From Candidatus Marinacidobacterales bacterium (GTDB taxonomy: Bacteria; Acidobacteriota; Vicinamibacteria; Marinacidobacterales; DATDRI01): a DNA stretch of 64,000 bases. Positions 61,216 through 64,000 of the stretch are shown here, piece by piece; position 1 is the first letter of the stretch, and each line of letters begins with the position of its first letter. The stretch spans positions 5,696,001 to 5,760,000 of the forward strand of contig OZ245365.1 in the NCBI GenBank assembly GCA_965226495.1, read 5' to 3'. The position numbers were made by a program, and so were the translations under genes. Under the pieces are notes generated by a model, which made no database searches, had not been told where the DNA came from, and saw only the letters and a list, made by a program, of their open reading frames with translations.

Positions 61216-62466
61216 ATGTCGAAAGTCTACAAGAGAAAGGACCGGGATAAGTGGATCGCGGACTTCCGCGATCACCGTGGCAAGCGTAAGCGCCAGACGG
61301 CGAAGACCCGAGGCGAAGCCGAGGATCTTCTGGCCGCTGGAATCAAAGCCGCGAAAGAGAAATCCGGCGACGCCCGCCTCGATGAGAAGAAAAACCTGGA
61401 GGAGTATGCTGCGGAGTAGCTGGAAGGCGTCAAAGCTGAGGGCGAGCTGGCACCTAGAACGCTCTATGACTACGAGAGCCACTTAACCAAGCACGTGCTA
61501 CCCGAGCTTGGGCACCTGAAGCTCAAAGACATCCCCCCCTCGGGCCGTGAAGGCTTTCCTTCGAGAGAAGAAGGCGGCGGGCTACGCCAAGAACACGGTG
61601 CGGCTCATGCGGGCAGCTCTATCGGTCGTGCTCTCCGATGCAGTTGAAGACGGTTTCATAAACACCAACCCGGCCCTCGCAACCAAAGGTGGCAGGCGGA
61701 AGCGGCCCGGCGCAATGTCAAAGGCCGAGAGACTGCAAAAGATCCGGCCCATGACGTGGGAGCAGCTTGAGAAGTTCCTCGACGCGGCCCACGGCTTCGA
61801 TCCCTTCTATGGAGTGCTCTTCGAGGTCATGGCGAAGACTGGCTTGCGACCTGGCGAGGCCCTAGCGCTCCAAGTAGACGATCTTGATCTTCCAGCTCGC
61901 AAGGCGCGGATACAGCGTGCGGTGAGCATGGGCCATGTGAAGGACACCAAGACCTCGGAGGCGAGAGACGTTGACCTGAGCACCGACCTGGTGGAGTTGC
62001 TTCGGGGCTACGTGGCTCAGCTTCAGGGAGAAGCGCTACGGAATAGCTGGGAGTTGACTTGGCTCTTTCCGAGCGCAACGAACACCCCTAGAGACCACTC
62101 CCACGTCTCGAAAGCATACCGCCGAATCCTTCGGCGTGCGGCGATCCCCAACTTTCGGCTCTACGATTTGAGGCACACCGCCGCGTCGTTGCTGCTGGCT
62201 CGGTGCGCCCCCATCACCTACGTGGCCGCGCAGCTCGGACATGCCAAGCCCACAACCACACTCACCTACTACGCCCACCACATTCCGACCGAAGGAGTGT
62301 CTTTCGCCGACTTCTCGACTCGGTACCGGAAAAAGTTGGCACCAAAGTTGGCACCAAAACGGGTACTGAGGGGGATGAGTTACCGGAAGTGTTTGAAGGA
62401 GTTGGCTCCCCGGGTAGGACTCGAACCTACAGCCATCGGATTAACAGTCCGCCGCTCCACCATTGA
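61216..62466 (+). pseudogene. Tyrosine integrase, inactivated
   Basis: TGLRPGEALAL, YDLRHT, LGHA, YAH; in-frame TAG at 61417-61419, frameshift near the C-run at about 61533-61546, probable further frameshift near 62310. Confidence 0.85.
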
Positions 62467-62477
62467 GCTACCGGGGA
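62403..62477 (-). tRNA. tRNA-Asn (GTT)
   Basis: TCCCCGGTAGCTCAATGGTGGAGCGGCGGACTGTTAATCCGATGGCTGTAGGTTCGAGTCCTACCCGGGGAGCCA cloverleaf with encoded CCA. Confidence 0.97.
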
Positions 62478-62531
62478 ATAGGGTCAGCGGGAAAAGAAGT
62501 ATAACACGACGCCTCAGGCGGGTCAGGACCG

Positions 62532-63128
62532 CTAAGTTCCTGATTTAGTCAGGTCCTGCAGCACCAGCTTGGCCACCGCTTTCAACGTATCGAAAACACC
62601 CACCCCGTTTTGGGATTTGGCGATGGCCTCCAAGACGGGCTCGGTCCTGACGGAGAGCGCTTGCTTCATCTCTTCGACCGGAACCGCGCTCGGCAGATCG
62701 CGTTTGTTGAGTTGGAGGACGTAGGGAATGATCTGAAGATCGTAACCTTGCGATTTGAGATTCCCGTCTAGATTCTGAAGGCTTTCGATATTGGCATCCA
62801 TACGCTCACGCTGTGAGTCCGCGACGAAGATGACACCGTCTACGCCCTTGAGGATGAGCTTCCGCGAGGCGTCGTAGAATACCTGTCCCGGAACGGTGTA
62901 CAAATGAAAGCGCGTCTTAAAGCCGCGGACGTTGCCGAGCTCGAGTGGGAGAAAATCGAAGAACAAAGTCCGGTCCGTCTCGGTGGCGAGAGAGATGAGC
63001 TTGCCTTTGGCACTGGGATTGGTCTTATCGTAGATGAACTGCAGGTTGGTGGTCTTCCCGCATAGCCCCGGCCCGTAGTAGACGATCTTGCAGTTGATCT
63101 CCCGCGAGGCGTAGTTGATGAAGGTCAT
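62532..63128 (-). CDS. mglA: MglA small GTPase
   Basis: [44 protein letters not shown]. Confidence 0.97.
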   Translation of the reverse strand: MTFINYASREINCKIVYYGPGLCGKTTNLQFIYDKTNPSAKGKLISLATETDRTLFFDFLPLELGNVRGFKTRFHLYTVPGQVFYDASRKLILKGVDGVIFVADSQRERMDANIESLQNLDGNLKSQGYDLQIIPYVLQLNKRDLPSAVPVEEMKQALSVRTEPVLEAIAKSQNGVGVFDTLKAVAKLVLQDLTKSGT

Positions 63129-63149
63129 CCGTTCGTTCCTAGCTTCAGA

Positions 63150-63638
63150 TTATTCGCTAAAGAGGCTGTCGATATCCTCGTCCGTGATTTCTGCAAAGGG
63201 CGAGTCCACGCTGGAGCCGTAGGTACTTTTTTCCGTTTCGACTTTCTCCATGATCCGGACGAAGATGTCGTTTAGCACCGTGGAAGCCTTCTTTACGCGA
63301 AGTCTGACCAAGCCGAGGGATGAACGCTCATCGAAGATGACCACCAAAATGACCCGAAGCCCCACTATCGAGATGTGGATATTGTCCCGCTCACCCTCGT
63401 GGAAGAGGATCGAGAACTCCTTCTCGCCAAGGAGCTTTGCGAGGGCGTCCGTCGCCGCGACATTCCCGGCGGTCAAGGAGGCCAGGGAAGTAGTGTCCAG
63501 GCTCTCGACATCGCCGTGCGCAGCGATCTGTTGACCGTTTTTGTCAACTAGGAAAACAAGTTTTGCATTGGCGTCGACTCGGAGTTTACTGATGATGGTC
63601 TTGATCTGGTTGAACTCCTCGATGACCACGTTCGCCAT
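63150..63638 (-). CDS. mglB: MglB roadblock-domain GAP
   Basis: VFLVDKNGQQIA, SLASLTAGNVAAT, SSLGLVRLRVKK, FAEITDEDIDSLF. Confidence 0.95.
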   Translation of the reverse strand: MANVVIEEFNQIKTIISKLRVDANAKLVFLVDKNGQQIAAHGDVESLDTTSLASLTAGNVAATDALAKLLGEKEFSILFHEGERDNIHISIVGLRVILVVIFDERSSLGLVRLRVKKASTVLNDIFVRIMEKVETEKSTYGSSVDSPFAEITDEDIDSLFSE

Positions 63639-63764
63639 GACTTTGTTACCCTCCGTCCGGCTTAGGCACTCTTAATGGGGATGCCGTACAGGAAAGTCCC
63701 CGCGACGTTCCTCTAACCCGGCTCAGTACGGTGATGTCTTAAGTCAAGAAAAACGATGTATGGG

Positions 63765-64000
63765 CCAGGGAAGCTAGTGTCCAAAGGAGCTCATGGGAAA
63801 GGTCGACCGAGTCAGCGATTGCTCGCAAGCGTCGAGGAACAACTGGCATTTGGGGAGATGAATCTCTCGGCGATCTGTTGGGAGCCGACTTTTTGTCAAC
63901 TAGGAAAACAAGTTTTGCATTGGCGTCGACTCGGAGTTTACTGATGATGGTCTTGATCTGGTTGAACTCCTCGTCATACATGACCACGTCAGCGGTCGCC
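63765..64000 (-). pseudogene. Degenerate duplicate of the mglB 5' end
   Basis: 63890-63973 is identical to 63538-63621, then similarity breaks into patches. Confidence 0.8.

Larger units (their letters stand above)
56254..62402. mobile_element. Island A at tRNA-Asn with defective tyrosine integrase
   Basis: Between att copy 2 and the intact tRNA; GGCACCAA direct repeats near both ends (about 56359-56380 and 62336-62358). Confidence 0.8.

Noticed and set aside
61216-62466. Island integrase as the integron integrase for the attC array
   Set aside because: It has a phage/island-type N-terminal arm-binding region and no recognisable IntI-specific insertion, and it sits at a tRNA att site.

Overview
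GC-rich bacterial chromosome segment, most consistent with Acidobacteriota (inferred from the parAB-bactofilin-atpF'FHAGDC layout without atpBE, mglAB, and Acidobacteria-type kinase remnants). About 1-47 kb is mostly core or metabolic. It holds parAB, a bactofilin, a selenocysteine-containing SelD that the ORF track truncates, F1/peripheral-stalk ATP synthase genes, an orphan Dam-type methylase, fabH divergent from an elbBCDE-like ether-lipid cluster, lipid-modifying genes, hydrolases and a deoxyhypusine synthase-like gene. It also holds three tandem genes sharing one ~57-aa DUF4214-like N-terminal module (one with a Lys-rich tail, two fused to clan GH-A glycosidase domains), followed by a PilZ gene. 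About 47.5-62.5 kb is an accessory hotspot. It starts with an integron cassette array (5 attC sites plus a candidate attI and promoter, no intI, interrupted by an IS30 remnant). The array abuts two tandem islands integrated at tRNA-Asn(GTT). One island carries only a DnaK variant fused to a zinc ribbon. The other carries sulfatase genes, a sixth attC, an Xre regulator and a broken tyrosine integrase. The window ends with mglBA and a degenerate mglB duplicate. Several genes carry nonsense, frameshift or deletion lesions. All family assignments are from motif recognition, not database searches.
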